Source: Eremomyces bilateralis CBS 781.70 (Eukaryota). Taken from it: a stretch of 64,000 bases of DNA. Made by a program: the position numbers and the translations under genes. How positions within the stretch are numbered: position 1 is the stretch's first letter; the number at the start of each line of letters is the position of its first letter. Shown one piece after another: positions 10,490-23,500 of the stretch. The DNA lies in assembly GCA_010015585.1 (NCBI GenBank), contig ML975167.1; one strand, given 5' to 3'. Under the pieces are notes generated by a model, which saw only the letters and a list, made by a program, of their open reading frames with translations, searched no databases and was not told the DNA's origin.

Positions 10490-11281
10490 CTCGTAACTGT
10501 CGCCCTCCCCAGGATGCCCATCAACGCTCGCCGTGGTTGCAATTGCTGGCTGCGCATAACTTAGCCTGGCCGGATCGGACAGACAAAGTCACGCACAGAA
10601 CGGTTAGTGGTCCATTAGTAATCGGAGGGATTGGTTTAACGGCGATGGGACTGCTAGAGCAGTGGTGATCAGATGTATCCGAACTAGCCTAAGGTCAGAA
10701 CTTCAGGTACAACTGCACGTACAGGTACCAGTGGGCAGTAACAATTGTCGAGACTGGGCAGGCAGGATGCAGGATGCAAGATCCTTGGGTGGAATCTTTG
10801 ATCTGCCTTGCGGGCTCACCATTCACCAAGTCACCACTCGCCTGTCTCAGGGTCCAAGGATCCTAATTAGTTGTCATATCCAAGGCTGAATGCCTGTGTC
10901 CACTGTCCACAGCCCCCGCATTTAAGGGCGTCTATCTCCGCACGTACCGGAGGCCTATCACCCATGGCGGCCAAAAGCCCGAAATGCCTTGACATCTCTA
11001 GACTCTATTCCGTATTGGGAAGTACTAAATAATCCCACTATGCAGCTGATGCTGGCGCCAGGCAGCCTTGACGCTTACGCATCAATGGTCCGACGGGCGA
11101 CGGCTGGAGGGGTTTTTATCACTTGAAGAAATGTTGTGAATCACTCTGGACATAAGTTCTCTCCACTCACTGGTATCCTGAGTCATCATTGTCTTGGTCG
11201 CCGTTCAGTCTCAGCCTTATCATTGTCTTTGACGCTTATGGTAGCATTTGAAGACCCACGAGAGCCACTCTACGGTGTAAG

Positions 11282-14028
11282 ATGGAAGGGGCACGCACCA
11301 TGGAAGGGCTTCACCCCGCCCAGAGAAGAGCACGGAGCCAGCTCTCTTGTACGGCTTGCAGGCAGGGGAAACTCCGGTGCGATCGATCACACCCGTGTAA
11401 TCAGTGTATCAAGCGGTCCCGCGATACGTCGTGTTCGTATTTGGCCCCACCGCAGAAGAAGAAGCCCAACCAGAATATGCGCGACCGGGTGAAACATCTG
11501 GAGAGCCTTGTTGTCGATCTGATGTCGAACATGGAGAACAAAAGTCCCAAATCGTCGGATCCGTCGAACCCCTCCAGATCCACATCAGTATCTGAGTCTT
11601 CGAAAGAGTCCGAAAGCCCTTTGACAAGTACGAACTCATCGCGAAGTCCTGGCGATTCGTCGGAGACTGGGAATTCCACCACCACGGAGCAGACGGACGT
11701 CGAGGTGGACCCCACGGCATTTGGAAATATGCAGATCTCCAAGGATGAGACGAAATGGTCTGGACCGTTGCATTGGGAAACTGTTTTGAACGACGTAAGT
11801 TGCCATGCCTTACCCTATCCGATCTTCACCACGCACTAGTTCATTCGGGCCGTCAATACAGCGGCTAAGTGCAGCCGAGCGAAGCATAGCTGACTATGAC
11901 ATAGATCCAAGAGGTAAAGGCTGAACTTGGGGACAACGAAGAACCAGACGAATCTCCAGGGGATGATGCCCAACTGCCAGAATCTCAGATGACGCCGCTT
12001 TTCATACTGGGTGCCGCAGCCCCATATGGAAGAGCGCAACTCATGGAGCAGATACCTAAAAAACCCGAGGCAGACGAACTGATCTCTCGGTGGTTCAATG
12101 CCTTTGATCCATTGACGAGTAAGCCTCTGCCTATAAAATGTCATTAACCAGCATCTAACTCATAATTCAGTGATGATACATCGCCCTACATTTCAGCAAG
12201 AGGTTAGTAGTCTTCAGCATAGCCTGAAATGCCTTTCTGATTGGCATCTTAGTATTATAACTTTTGGTCCGACCCATCGAACGTCCCCATCACCTGGATT
12301 GCGATGTTGTGTGGCATCATGTCTCTGTCTGCCACACTACGGTATGTCGACGAGCAAGATACCGCACCGGCTGATGCCCTTGAGAAATGCGTCGCAGACA
12401 TGAACCAATATCACGGCATGGCTGCCATTGCAATGTCATTGGGAGACTTTAGCAAGCCTACCGCCTACACGGTCGAGGCACTGATGGTCTACGCCGAGTG
12501 CGAGTTCATCCGCGGCAAAGCCAACCAAATGAGGGTGTGGCTTCTTACGGGACTCATCCTGCGCGTGGCGCTCCGAATGGGGTATCATCGTGACTCCAAA
12601 CATTTCCCCAATATTTCCCCCTTTGCTGGAGAAATGCGGCGGCGAGTGTGGTGGGTTCTGTATCAATTTGACATCTTGGGTTCGTTCCAGCTGGGTCTCC
12701 CAAGCATGGTCAGGGCAATCCAATCTGATACTGCGTGCCCACGTAACCTCCATGTGCGATCTCCCATTCCGAATATACCGTTCCATCCTAATGAAACATA
12801 GGACTCGGACTTCGGTGTCGATTCCAAAGAACTTCCCCCGGCACGACCGACATCCGAGTTGACGAATGCGTCGTACTCGACCGGGAAGATGGCGCTCAGC
12901 ACGATTTTTGGCAAAGCCACAGATTTCTCCCATGCTCTCACTGAGCCTACGGAAGAAGAAGTTATGCAGTTGGATAGGGAACTGCAGGACGCCTATGCGA
13001 AGCTGCCGGAATCCTTGAAATCACCTCGAATGAATGAATATTTAACGATCACTCACAGCACCGAGCTACTGCTGTGCTCGATCAACATCGGGATGCTTTA
13101 TCAGAAGACGAGATGTGTGCTTCATCGTCGGTTCCTCAAGCACTCGAAGGGCGATGAACGCTATAAATACTCACGGGACTCCTGCATCTCCGCTGCTATC
13201 AGTCTTCTCGAGCATCACAAAACGCTGGACATCGCCTGTCGGCCAGGCGGGCTGCTATGGAAGTACCGTTGGTACACGTCAACTGTCAGCACCCATGATT
13301 TCCTCCTGGCAGCCATGATCCTATGCCTGGAGCTTTCGAACCACCAGCAAAACTCTTGCGACGCCAACCTGTCCAATATTCCCCTACCGTGTCTAGAACA
13401 ATTTCACCAAATACATGACGGTCTCCAATCGACGTACGAAATCTTCCAGAAGACGGAGCCGAAGACGACGGAATTGAAGCAGGCGTTGTCGGCAATGGCC
13501 ATCATGCTGCAGAAAGTTCGGGGGCCACTCGTAAGGCTCGCTAAGGTTCGCCAGGAGCAGAACATGAAGAATTGTATGTGTTGATTCGTTTACCCGTAGA
13601 GCAGCAGAGGTTAGGATCACTGACTGCCCTAGTGCAACTCCCCTTTTTCGCTTCGCCCGCAGGGGGAACGGGAGATGCCATCCCACCGTTCGCCGCTCCA
13701 GCTGCTGATGATCTCCTGTTCTCGACCGCCGAGGCCGACGCAAGCATGCTCAATCAAAATGGCGGTTACGACCCTATTGGAGGCATGTTCGATGTCAATA
13801 TGGACATGAGATGGGTTCGTGGCTCCACACCAACACCTGGATATTTCGCATTGCTGATCGTTTTCCAACGTATAGGAGGACTGGGACCATTCGATTCTCA
13901 GGAACGACGATGACATCCAAGGGTTATGGAACAGTAACAACACGATGCCTGACATGCCATTCATTCCGCTCCAGAGTTATGAGCCGCCGCCCTGGGTTTA
14001 CGGGAACGACCAGAGCGGAGGCTCATAG
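11282..14028 (+). CDS. Zn(II)2Cys6 transcription factor with fungal TF middle homology region (about 7 exons)
   Basis: CTACRQGKLRCDRSHPCNQCIKRSRDTSC zinc cluster and MHR motifs IHRPTF and ALRMGYHRD...GEMRRRVW...LGLP. Introns start at 11795, 12119, 12203, 12754, 13574 and ~13815; stop is TAG 14026-14028. Confidence 0.9.
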
Positions 14029-14050
14029 CACACTACCATATATGCCGCGT

Positions 14051-15521
14051 CTAGGTTGCCAGCCATGTCAATGCCCCTCCCGCCAGGCCTTCGATCGCAA
14101 CTTTTAATGTCGGCATGATGACCGGCGCGAAATACGAACTATGGTTGATAGGAATCTCCTTGAGCTTGCCTTCTTTCTCTTTTTCGTCCCATACTGCGGG
14201 ATCCGTCCCCCCGTACGTCCAGAAGCATGATGGTCTATTGACGGACGTCGCGAGAATCCCGAAATCTTCACTCCCTCCGAGCCGCGGACCGTCGGAGCTA
14301 TAACCGTGCGGCCTTCCTGGAAAGATGCCGGCAAACGTCGTCTCGATGCCCGTGGTGACCTCGTCGTCATTGTTGAGGAACGGGAAGTTACTGAGCGATT
14401 CCAATTCCGGTTCCTGCGGCGCGTTGCTGGCCATGGCTTCGGCGTTGATGATTCGTCGTGTCCCCTCGAGGACATGCGCGCGAGTCTCCGGGTCAAGCGT
14501 ACGGATGTTGAGCTTGATCTCCGCGTGCTCCGGGATGATATTTTCTGCGTCGCCTGCGTGGATCGAGCCGACCGTAACTACTGCGGGGCAATTATATGGA
14601 TCCACTTCCCGGGAGACAATGGTCTGGAGTCGTAGCACCGTCGAGGCGGCCATCACAATCGGGTCGATCGTTCGATGAGGCTGGGAACCATGGCCGGATC
14701 GGCCGTGAAGCGTGACTCTTCCCTATCTGTCAGGACTGTGATTGCAGCGGATGGATGTACACTCGCTCACCGAAAGGAGTCGGCAGCGCTGGCCACCAGT
14801 CCGCGTTTTGTTTCTAAGCTTCCTGTTCGTATGGCTGGTCAGTTCCTGTATCTAGCAAATAACACTCCGCTCACACTGCTCTCTTTGGACCTTTCAACAT
14901 GAGAAGATGTCATCACCTACCAGCTCGTCCAGGCATCACATGCGCCCCCAGCACCACATCCGGGATGGGAACTTTGGTATACAGCCCCCCATTCCCCTCC
15001 ACCATAGCCTTTGCGCCAGCGCCCTTCTCTTCCGCTGGTTGGAAGCACAATATGAGCGTGCCCCTCCACGCTTTCTTGGCGTCCAACATCAACTTCGCTG
15101 TCGCCAACAAACTCGTGATATGCATATCATGGCCGCATGCATGCATCGTCGGGCGTTCCACGCCTTCGGAATCCCTCATGCGCGTCTTGCTTGCGTACTC
15201 CAATCCCGTCTTCTCCTCCACCGGCAGCCCATCCATGTCCGCTCGCAGCAGGACCGTCGCCCCCTCGCCATTCTTCAGGACCGCCGCCACCCCGTGCGTC
15301 TCCCCGATGTTCGTGAAGATGTCGTAGCTGCCTAGCGACCGGAGCTCTTCGGTCACCCGCGCTGCCGTTTCGGACTCGAGGTGGGATAGCTCCGGGTGCG
15401 CATGGAAATGTTTGTAGAGGTCTTGGTATACATCCAGGGACGGTAGGTGCTCGTCCAGCACGCCTCGGATTTTGGAGGGTGAGGCCGAATTGGCTTCGGG
15501 GACTATGTGATGAGTATGCAT
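14051..15521 (-). CDS. M20 family amidohydrolase (hippurate hydrolase / aminoacylase-1-like)
   Basis: HPELS, LLRADMDGLPV, MHACGHDMH, FQPAEE, GHGSQPH, GSEDF and NHS motifs. Two introns lie between about 14720 and 14920. Confidence 0.92.
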
Positions 15522-15671
15522 TCTTGCTAGGCTGTCGAAGCTGTACTACTGAGGTACCTCACAAAGACCTTAAGATATCATTGAACCAAGAGTCATGGAA
15601 TGCCGTGCTTTACTCCTAATACTTAGCACGTACACCTGTATCATGAGTGGGTCTTCTGTTCCACTTTGCTG

Positions 15672-15687
15672 CCGGCATGATTGCCGG
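15672..15687. promoter_or_regulatory. Inverted repeat CCGGCA-TGAT-TGCCGG (CGG-N8-CCG), candidate Zn2Cys6 site
   Basis: Perfect 6-bp arms about 150 bp upstream of the amidohydrolase ATG. CGG half-sites are the established Zn2Cys6 recognition unit; function here is inferred. Confidence 0.35.
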
Positions 15688-15958
15688 TGATGTACCCAGA
15701 GCTTCAAGGGGTGTTGATGTCTGGTTGCTGTCCTACGTAATATCTCACCAATGAAGCTTGAGATGCGGGGGAACTTTCAGTTCTGTTTCTGTTTCAGGTC
15801 CCAGGCACCAAGGCATACCATAGCTAATGCTTGGAGATCACGGGTCGCCCATTACGTGGAACAGTTCACCTTATTCATCTGGCACATTATCGTTCCTTGC
15901 AATTCCCATTGGAAATGTAACTGCTGTCAAGTCGAAGGAAGACAATCTCACCTAGACC

Positions 15959-17063
15959 ATGTCCCGTCAAAGGGCACAGTCGACTAGCGATGCCATCAAA
16001 GGCCCGCATTCCGTGAGCTTGAAGGTACTGAGGCAGGTTGATATAATATGCTCCCAATACAGTTCCCATTGCCGTACTAACACCTCCCCAGACTCTCCAG
16101 GCCTTCTCTCGCTGGCCAGACTGCGCTTCCTGCCCTGGATGAGGACAAAGACCTCTCCCTCCCCCGCCATGCATCTCGCGGCTATCCCGCCAGCGACGCG
16201 CACGACTTGTCGACCATCGCGCCCGTTCTTCGCCTCCCGGAGTCGTTTGCGGCAGCATACGTAGGAGAGTTCTTTACCTGCACGCTGTGTGGGAACAATG
16301 AGATTGACGAAGGCGACGAGACGCGCGCCGTGTCTCGCGTCCGTATCACCGCCGAGATGCAGACGCCGTCGAACCCCGGCGGAGCGCAGGTGGATCTCGA
16401 CACGACGAATGGGGGCGCGGAGGCCGCGGACGTGGCCCCGGGGTCGTCGCTGCAGAAGATCTTCCGTGTGGAGCTGAAAGAGGAGGGGAAGCATACGTTG
16501 GTGGTAACGGTGTCATATACCGAGACGCAGTTTGCCAGCGAGGGCAAGGCCGCCGGCGGGAGGATGCGGACGTTCAGGAAGTTGTATCAGTTCGTGGCTA
16601 TGCCTCTGATTGGGGTCCGGACGAAGACGAACGAGCTGCCTTCGAAGAAGGACGGCGCTCGCTTCTGCCTGGAAGCTCAGTTGGAGAACCTCAGCGATCA
16701 TACCGTCTGTTTGCAGGTCTGTATACTGTTTGCATTGTCACTATTGCCTCAAAGTATACCGTGCTAATGGTGTTATAGTCTGTGGACATCCTCCCGAAGC
16801 CACCGTTCAAACCCAGCTCCTTTAACTGGGAGCTGAATCTCGCGAACCCTACGTCCCCCACAATTGGACCTCGCGATGTCTACCAGATCGCCTTTCTACT
16901 CGAGCAGCAACCGACGAAAGACTCGGGCGCCGACGTAGGGCCGTCGCTGACGCCGGACAAGCGCCTGATACTGGGCCAATTATCTATCCACTGGACGTCG
17001 CCGATGGGTGATCAGGGGTCGCTCAGCACCGGGTGGCTTACGTCCATTCTTCCGTCGGCGTGA
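15959..17063 (+). CDS. TRAPPC13: TRAPP complex subunit TRAPPC13/Trs65-like (DUF974)
   Basis: Spliced product reads PHSVSLKVLR-LSRPSL, LPESFAAAYVGEFF, ELKEEGKHTLVVTVSY, FRKLYQF, LEAQLEN and LGQLSIHW...G.L.TGWL. Introns are 16033-16091 (GC-AG) and 16717-16778. Confidence 0.88.
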
Positions 17064-20000
17064 AAGTCGGATCGTGCTTGGGTATCTCCGTATTCTCCCG
17101 ACGCTCCTCATGAGTCTCATCGTTCACTGAAGCGTCCTGCGTCCCGGGTGATACCCGGCCCCGAGACATCACTGTTCACATCCTACAACCGTCTCCACAA
17201 TGCCATAATTATAGTGGACTCGGCGATCACAGATGTCAACCCGACACCGAGCGTCTCTGGCAAATAGCCGATCCGTAGATCCCTCCATTCCGGGCGACGA
17301 CGTGCTGAAGATGTGCAAATGCACCGTATCTGATCAGCGCGAGCTGTTGTTTCATGAGTTTCATCCTGTCACCGCACATCTGCACTTGAAACCACGATCG
17401 GTGGACCCTTTGGATTAGCCGACCAAGATGAGATCTCGGAGATTTTGTGGGCGCCTGGTATTGCGTCACAGAGCCTATCGTGGTTGCTGTCGTCAGGGTT
17501 CATATCTTTGAAAATCGACCCGGTTGTTATGCTCGGGCTACTAGTAAATTTCCAGTCATGACGTTTACGATTCTGAATCGAGCGATGTTGGGGTATAATA
17601 GAGTGGGGTCTATCCTCTATGTAGACTATGAGGCATGAACTCTACCGGTATATAAGTTAAAGATTCCTCAACATCATACAATGCTTCGAGCTGCAGAAAT
17701 CATCGTGGTCCGGGTACTTGGACTTTTACGTGCGATAATGCTACTGGCCGGGTTATAACCCAATAAACGTATGGTGCATTGCTTTATTGTCATCCCAGCT
17801 CATACTACCGTGTACCTAATCCGGTACCGTGGCATCTTCTCAAAGTCCATGGATATTCGATGCTTGCATGTGGAAGGGGAGAAGCCCAATTGTTTCACAA
17901 GGTACCAACTTCCAACCGACGTCGACGACATCGTACCAGCACGGTTCTCTTCACACATGCCATCCACGTGTATTTCCGCCGTTTCGGTTGGTCTACCGGA
18001 TTGCTACAAATAACCCGGTCAGTAATACTTACGGGATATCATTTCAACTCCCATTCCTGCCCCGTACTTAGCCGGGTACATCTCACTCTTCCCACGGTTT
18101 CACAGGCCACAAGGTAAGCCGAGGCGAACGCGATTGGCCGCAGCAAACCCCATGGCAAGCGATGTCTACCATATTTGCCGTTTGGAGACTGGAACGACCG
18201 AACTGAGGGTTCTGCTGGCCATTATGATGGATATTAAAAGACCTGTGATACATCGATGGTGGGAAGGTGCACAGACAGCGCGATATTGCGGAGTGCAATC
18301 TGGGATCGCTCGGTGGCGTTCCTGCTCTGGGTACAATATTCTGGGGTTCATTAAGCTTGATTACGGAATACTGATTGCCTCTATCATGATTCATGGGTAG
18401 CTGCGATCGCGAACCGCCAAAAAAAAAGCCATATGCGCCGGACCTGTAAAGCGGAGTAGTACGTGGCACCGTCGTTCCCGTTTCTCGGATCGTGGTTGTA
18501 ATCCCACAGATAGCTCCCGCGACCTTTAACAATCTGATACCTAGTGAGTGGTACGAATGTAAGATTCAGTGGTTAGCCAGACGGAGAGGAAAGATGATAG
18601 GTACCTGAGCAAATTTCATCCTTCAATATCCGCATACTGGTACCCAGTTGAGCCAGTGTCTTGAAGCGATCCAGAATTCCAAATCCAGCCATATACCCGA
18701 TTCATACTCGGTACTTTATACCTGGTCTGCACGTTTATCCCCGCTATCAATCAACTTTGCCCTCTAACAACTTAATACGAATATGGTGAACGTGAAAGGG
18801 TCCCAGGATTGGATATCAGAACTACCCTTGGCCCAGGGGGTTGAAAGACTGGCAGGACCAAAAGCACGGCACAAATTCTAAAGCGCAGGAATTGATCAAC
18901 AATCATTCAACAATCCACATGCAAGGGCGATATCTCGGTAATCTGTCCTCCGTACGCATACACAATAGATGGTCGTAAACAAGGACTGCTGGTCGCTGGA
19001 CGCTGGAATCAGGAACGCACAGGCGCATCACCGAATATCATTGCCAAAAGCGATTCCGATCGCTCCCAAATCCCACTACCGGATCAGTCAAGTCTGCCCC
19101 TGATGCAAGGCGGGTTGATGGTGCGAGGGGCTGTCATTGGGCCCTGCTGGCACCTGTTACACTAGATAGAGCGGTAGACGGTGGTAATGTGGTTAGTGCC
19201 ATGGCCTGTGAGCTGACGCTAGGTGCTAGATGCTTGTATAATTAGGTACATACTGTGTGTAATTCCTCATTCCTGTGGTGCCAATTGCCATGGAGGCTGG
19301 CGGGGGAGGGTCGTCGTCGTCAATGTCGAGGGGTCGACATGAATATCCCTTGCTGATTGCTCGGCCGGTTGGCGCACCTCCTGTTCGTCCTAGGTCTTAT
19401 CCCGAACGGGCGTTAGTCGACGCACTTCGCAACTCTGTTTCTCCCATTCCCACACCACCTTCAAGAAATCAAGCCGCTTAGAAGCTTGGATAGGGCCAGA
19501 AGGAATTCCATGAGGCTATTGAGACTTGAGACTTGGGCGTGGTGGAAGTGGGCGCTGCATGTCAGATTGTCTGGTGCTATCTTGCCTAACTAACACCGAC
19601 TTATTTCCAATTCCCTCCCTGTATCTCTAAACACTGGTATCCGACATTCGTCCATGTATCAAAAACTATTAATGTCCACGACTGGCGTTAGAAACAGACG
19701 GACCCAGTATCCTTCCCACACGTTCCCCTCAACAAACGTCAACAGTTCAACACCATCATCATCAGCACCCAAAACTTCCGCAACAACTGGGGATTCCGCT
19801 ACCCCCTCTCCAGCTGCCGTGGAACACCCGCGCCGTCCGCCCTTCACTTCGAACGCTCGCCTCTCACAGATCGCCGCTTAGCGTCTGCGACAGCGGCTCG
19901 ATTAACCCTCTTTCGCGCCATGAGACCAGCTTAGGACCCTGGCTCGCTTGATTGAGAGGGCGTTCCAATATCTCGAAGGGCAGACGCCAGAGAGGAACAA

Positions 20001-20586
20001 CAGACATTACTTAGCGGTCGGCGAGTTTCTCTTCAATTCAGTATTCCAATCCATCTTTTCGGCCTGTTCCATTTCTGAATCACGGGGCTTGCAGCCCGCT
20101 GCTGTCTCCTCGATCTGCATCCTCGTTGACGTATTGTTCAGTCAGCCCGAGTCGCAGATCTCAGCCTGTACAGACTACAGACAACAGACGATCGATAACC
20201 TTTGAACTGCCCACTCCAGTCCTTGTGCCTGGCTGGTGTTGTGCACAATTGTTGACATTTGCACACGCACACACGCAGCATAGAGACACTGAATCCGAGA
20301 CTGCCGCGGTGCACAGGACGCTTTTGCAGGTGTCGTTGTCGGTTGAGTGGTGGTACAAAAGCAACCCACGTCCGCTTGCTACGAAAGAGACGGCGTTTTG
20401 ACGACAACGTTTACATTGCCCACAATCACGAAGATTCCGCATTTGATGCGTACATGAACTCTCGAGCTCTTGGATAATTAATCATACTTCCATCTTCCAC
20501 GTTTATACGCAGATCCCTCAAATTCTTCCCCCGCGATCTCGAACCTCCTCTATACGATCACCTTCCCTCACCAATGCTACGCGGAC

Positions 20587-23500
20587 ATGGCTAAGATGGG
20601 TCCAATTCCTCCCAGCCAGGATGGTGTGCCTGCCCCGCTTGCCGACTTCTTCTTTATTGCTGGCATTGAGTCCAGTGCCGTGGTCGATGAGAGCCAGATA
20701 CCCAATGGGACGACCCCACAAGCTCCCGAGCCCACGATCGAGGCGATCGCTGAAGACTCCGCGTTGGAATCCGAGGGTGAGGAAGAGCATAAACGGCAGT
20801 CCGGAGAACAGTTGCTGAATGGCGATGCACCCGCGCAACGGAACCGATTCAGCTACGAGATAAGGAAGTCGATCACGAGCTTATCCGGGCTGGAGAAGAC
20901 GACGACAACGTCAAGCAACAGAAGCAGTGCCACGATTCGGCCAGCTCCCTCTCCAATCGGTGGATCGGGCCTCTCCGATGAAGACTTCGAGCATGCCCTG
21001 CGCAGGTTCGCTGCCGAGCGAGATACGTTTTTAGAAGAGATCCAATTCACCGCCGGAGCGGTCGCGCCACAACCGACGACGAAACCCAAACCGCGACCGA
21101 AGACACAGAGAATCATAAGTGAAGATGCTCCTGGAGGGGTGCGATCGAGTGTCGGGACTTTGAGGAGGCGTATCTCAACTATGAGTAGTCTGAAGCGGCA
21201 GCCATCAACGGCAAGGCAAGGTAAGCGGAACAACTCCTCGCATGATTAGAGTTTTAGCAGCGGGAGCTTGCCCATTCGAAGGGACCTTTGTACTAACTGC
21301 GATATATCAGCGTCCATCCGAACGGCCAAACGTCTTAGCGGATATAACTCGGTCATTCCGACCCCACAGCCTTTCAAGACGAGCCCTGATATGCATCCTC
21401 TCAAGCGGAGGTACGAACCCGTCCTGCTCGACCGATATCCGCCGAAGAGCATGGTTGATGAGCTCAAGAGGCGCCCCCAATTTCCCGATTACGTCCCAAT
21501 GTTCACCTTTCCAAACGACATAAGCGTGGTTTCGGCGGACGAGAGACCTCGGTCCACGTGGCACGGCTACGTGATGACCAGTGGGGACAACTCCAAGGTC
21601 TATGGCATCTGCGTGATTATCTGGATGCCGCTCAATCCGAAGACGGCAGAGGCGCTGGAGCGACAATGTGAGGAATGGCGAAAGGCGAACATGACCGCGG
21701 AGGAGCGAGAGCTGGCGAGCAGCCTTGGTGAGAGACTCGCCGTGGAGCGCGCGAAGCTGTCAAGTTTGCTCGCGCGTCTGCCAAACATGCCATCGGGATC
21801 ATTCGAGCGTGAACATCTCGAAGACCAGATCAGCGCGGTGGAAGAGCGCATCGGCCTCATGACGGATCTCCTCCGGCCAGTGCGTCACGGAGCCGCATCC
21901 AAAATCGAAGGTTTAACGGATGGCGAAACCGGACTATGGATCCCGCGCGCTTATGGAGTGCTCGGTCGCGATATGAATTTGACGAGCTTCTGGAAAGAAT
22001 GGCTGAAAGCAGTCGTCGTTCCCATGACGAACGGCGCAATCTTGCGTGTACCACCAAGCTCTCCGAAGATCGGCATGTGGCAGCCTCTAGAACGCTACGT
22101 GATCAACTTGTGTGTGGAAGCGCTTAGCCCGCTTTCGTCGAAGACGCAGGTGGAGGTGTCGATTCGAGAATTGCGATTGTATGCGCGCAAGGAGGCACAC
22201 AACGAGCTGCCTGGGGCGCGGAACACCGATCTGTACGCGCTCTTCCGCTGTCTCTCCGTCGCCAATGTGGTCACGCTCATGGAATACGCGTTGATGGAAT
22301 CGCGGATCATCCTTTTGTCCTCGCACACCTCGATGCTGCATCTTGCCAGCGCAGCCATCTGCTCGCTGCTATACCCGATGAAATGGTGCGGAATCTTCAT
22401 TCCCGTTCTCCCATCGCGACTCATCCAGGCCCTGGATGCACCCTGTCCATACATCGTGGGCATTGAGCGCCGGTACGAGTCGGTGGAGCTTCCTGACGAT
22501 GACTTTGTGCTGGTGGACTTGGATTCCGACCTGATCGAAAGCACTGCGCCACCGACGACCTTGCCTCGTCAGCACCGACGGAAGCTCGTGTCACTGTTGC
22601 AGCTCTCGGCACGTCATCACATCCAATTCGGTGTTCCGACTGGTCCTCCGGCATATGCTGTGGAATCGCTCCCTCACAATTCCTTCTCCTCCGAAAACCC
22701 CACAATCTTCAGCAATCGACCCACCACCTCAACTTTAGCCACCCTCGTGGCCGTGAACTCCGCCACCTACGGCGACGCGACAGGTTCGACCGGCATCCGA
22801 CCCCCCATCTACAATGGTTTCCTCCAGGCCCGCAACGACCAGAGCAGAGGCTCGGAGCGTCCCACCACTTCGTCCACGATGGGCAAGGCCCCATCCCCCC
22901 CCTCCCCCAAGATCTCCCCCGTCTCCACCCACTTCCCACCCATTCCTAGCACGCCCATTTCTCGGAGCGATTCCGGCTATGCGCTGCAAGCCACCCTGCG
23001 CGAAAAGCGCTCCGGACACTTTGACGGATCGTCGCGTCGCAGCTCTTCTGTAGGTTTCCTCCCGCTCCGTCGACGCCTTTTCAGCAGGTCGAGGCTCGCA
23101 CCCCAGCACGCGTCTCATACGTCTCACACGTCTCAACAGTTCGGCGTCGATGGCGCTCCTCCGTTCCGCCGACCGAGCCAGCCGTTCCTTGGCCATACTC
23201 CCAGTTCCTCGTCGTCCAACCTCATGCACGAGTTCCGCGCCCCGTCGTCGTATGCTCCGTCCGTGTATGCGCAGTCCACCCTGGCGGCGTCCACGATCAT
23301 GCCGGGCGTTTTGGTCCAACCGGTGAGGAATACAGAGACGACGCAATGGGTCGAAGGGCATTGTTTGCAGTGGCGACCGTACGATGACAGGACGACATGC
23401 ACCATATGTGCCGAGAGGTCAGACGAAGGGATTTATGTCTGCTCAGGTACGATTCCTGATTCAGTTTTCAGTTGTCATCATCTTTCGATTGCTTTGTCGC

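Noticed and set aside
14051..15521. Recent bacterial horizontal transfer of the M20 amidohydrolase
   Set aside because: The gene has spliceosomal introns and host-like composition, and this family is widespread in fungi; a phylogeny would be needed for any claim.
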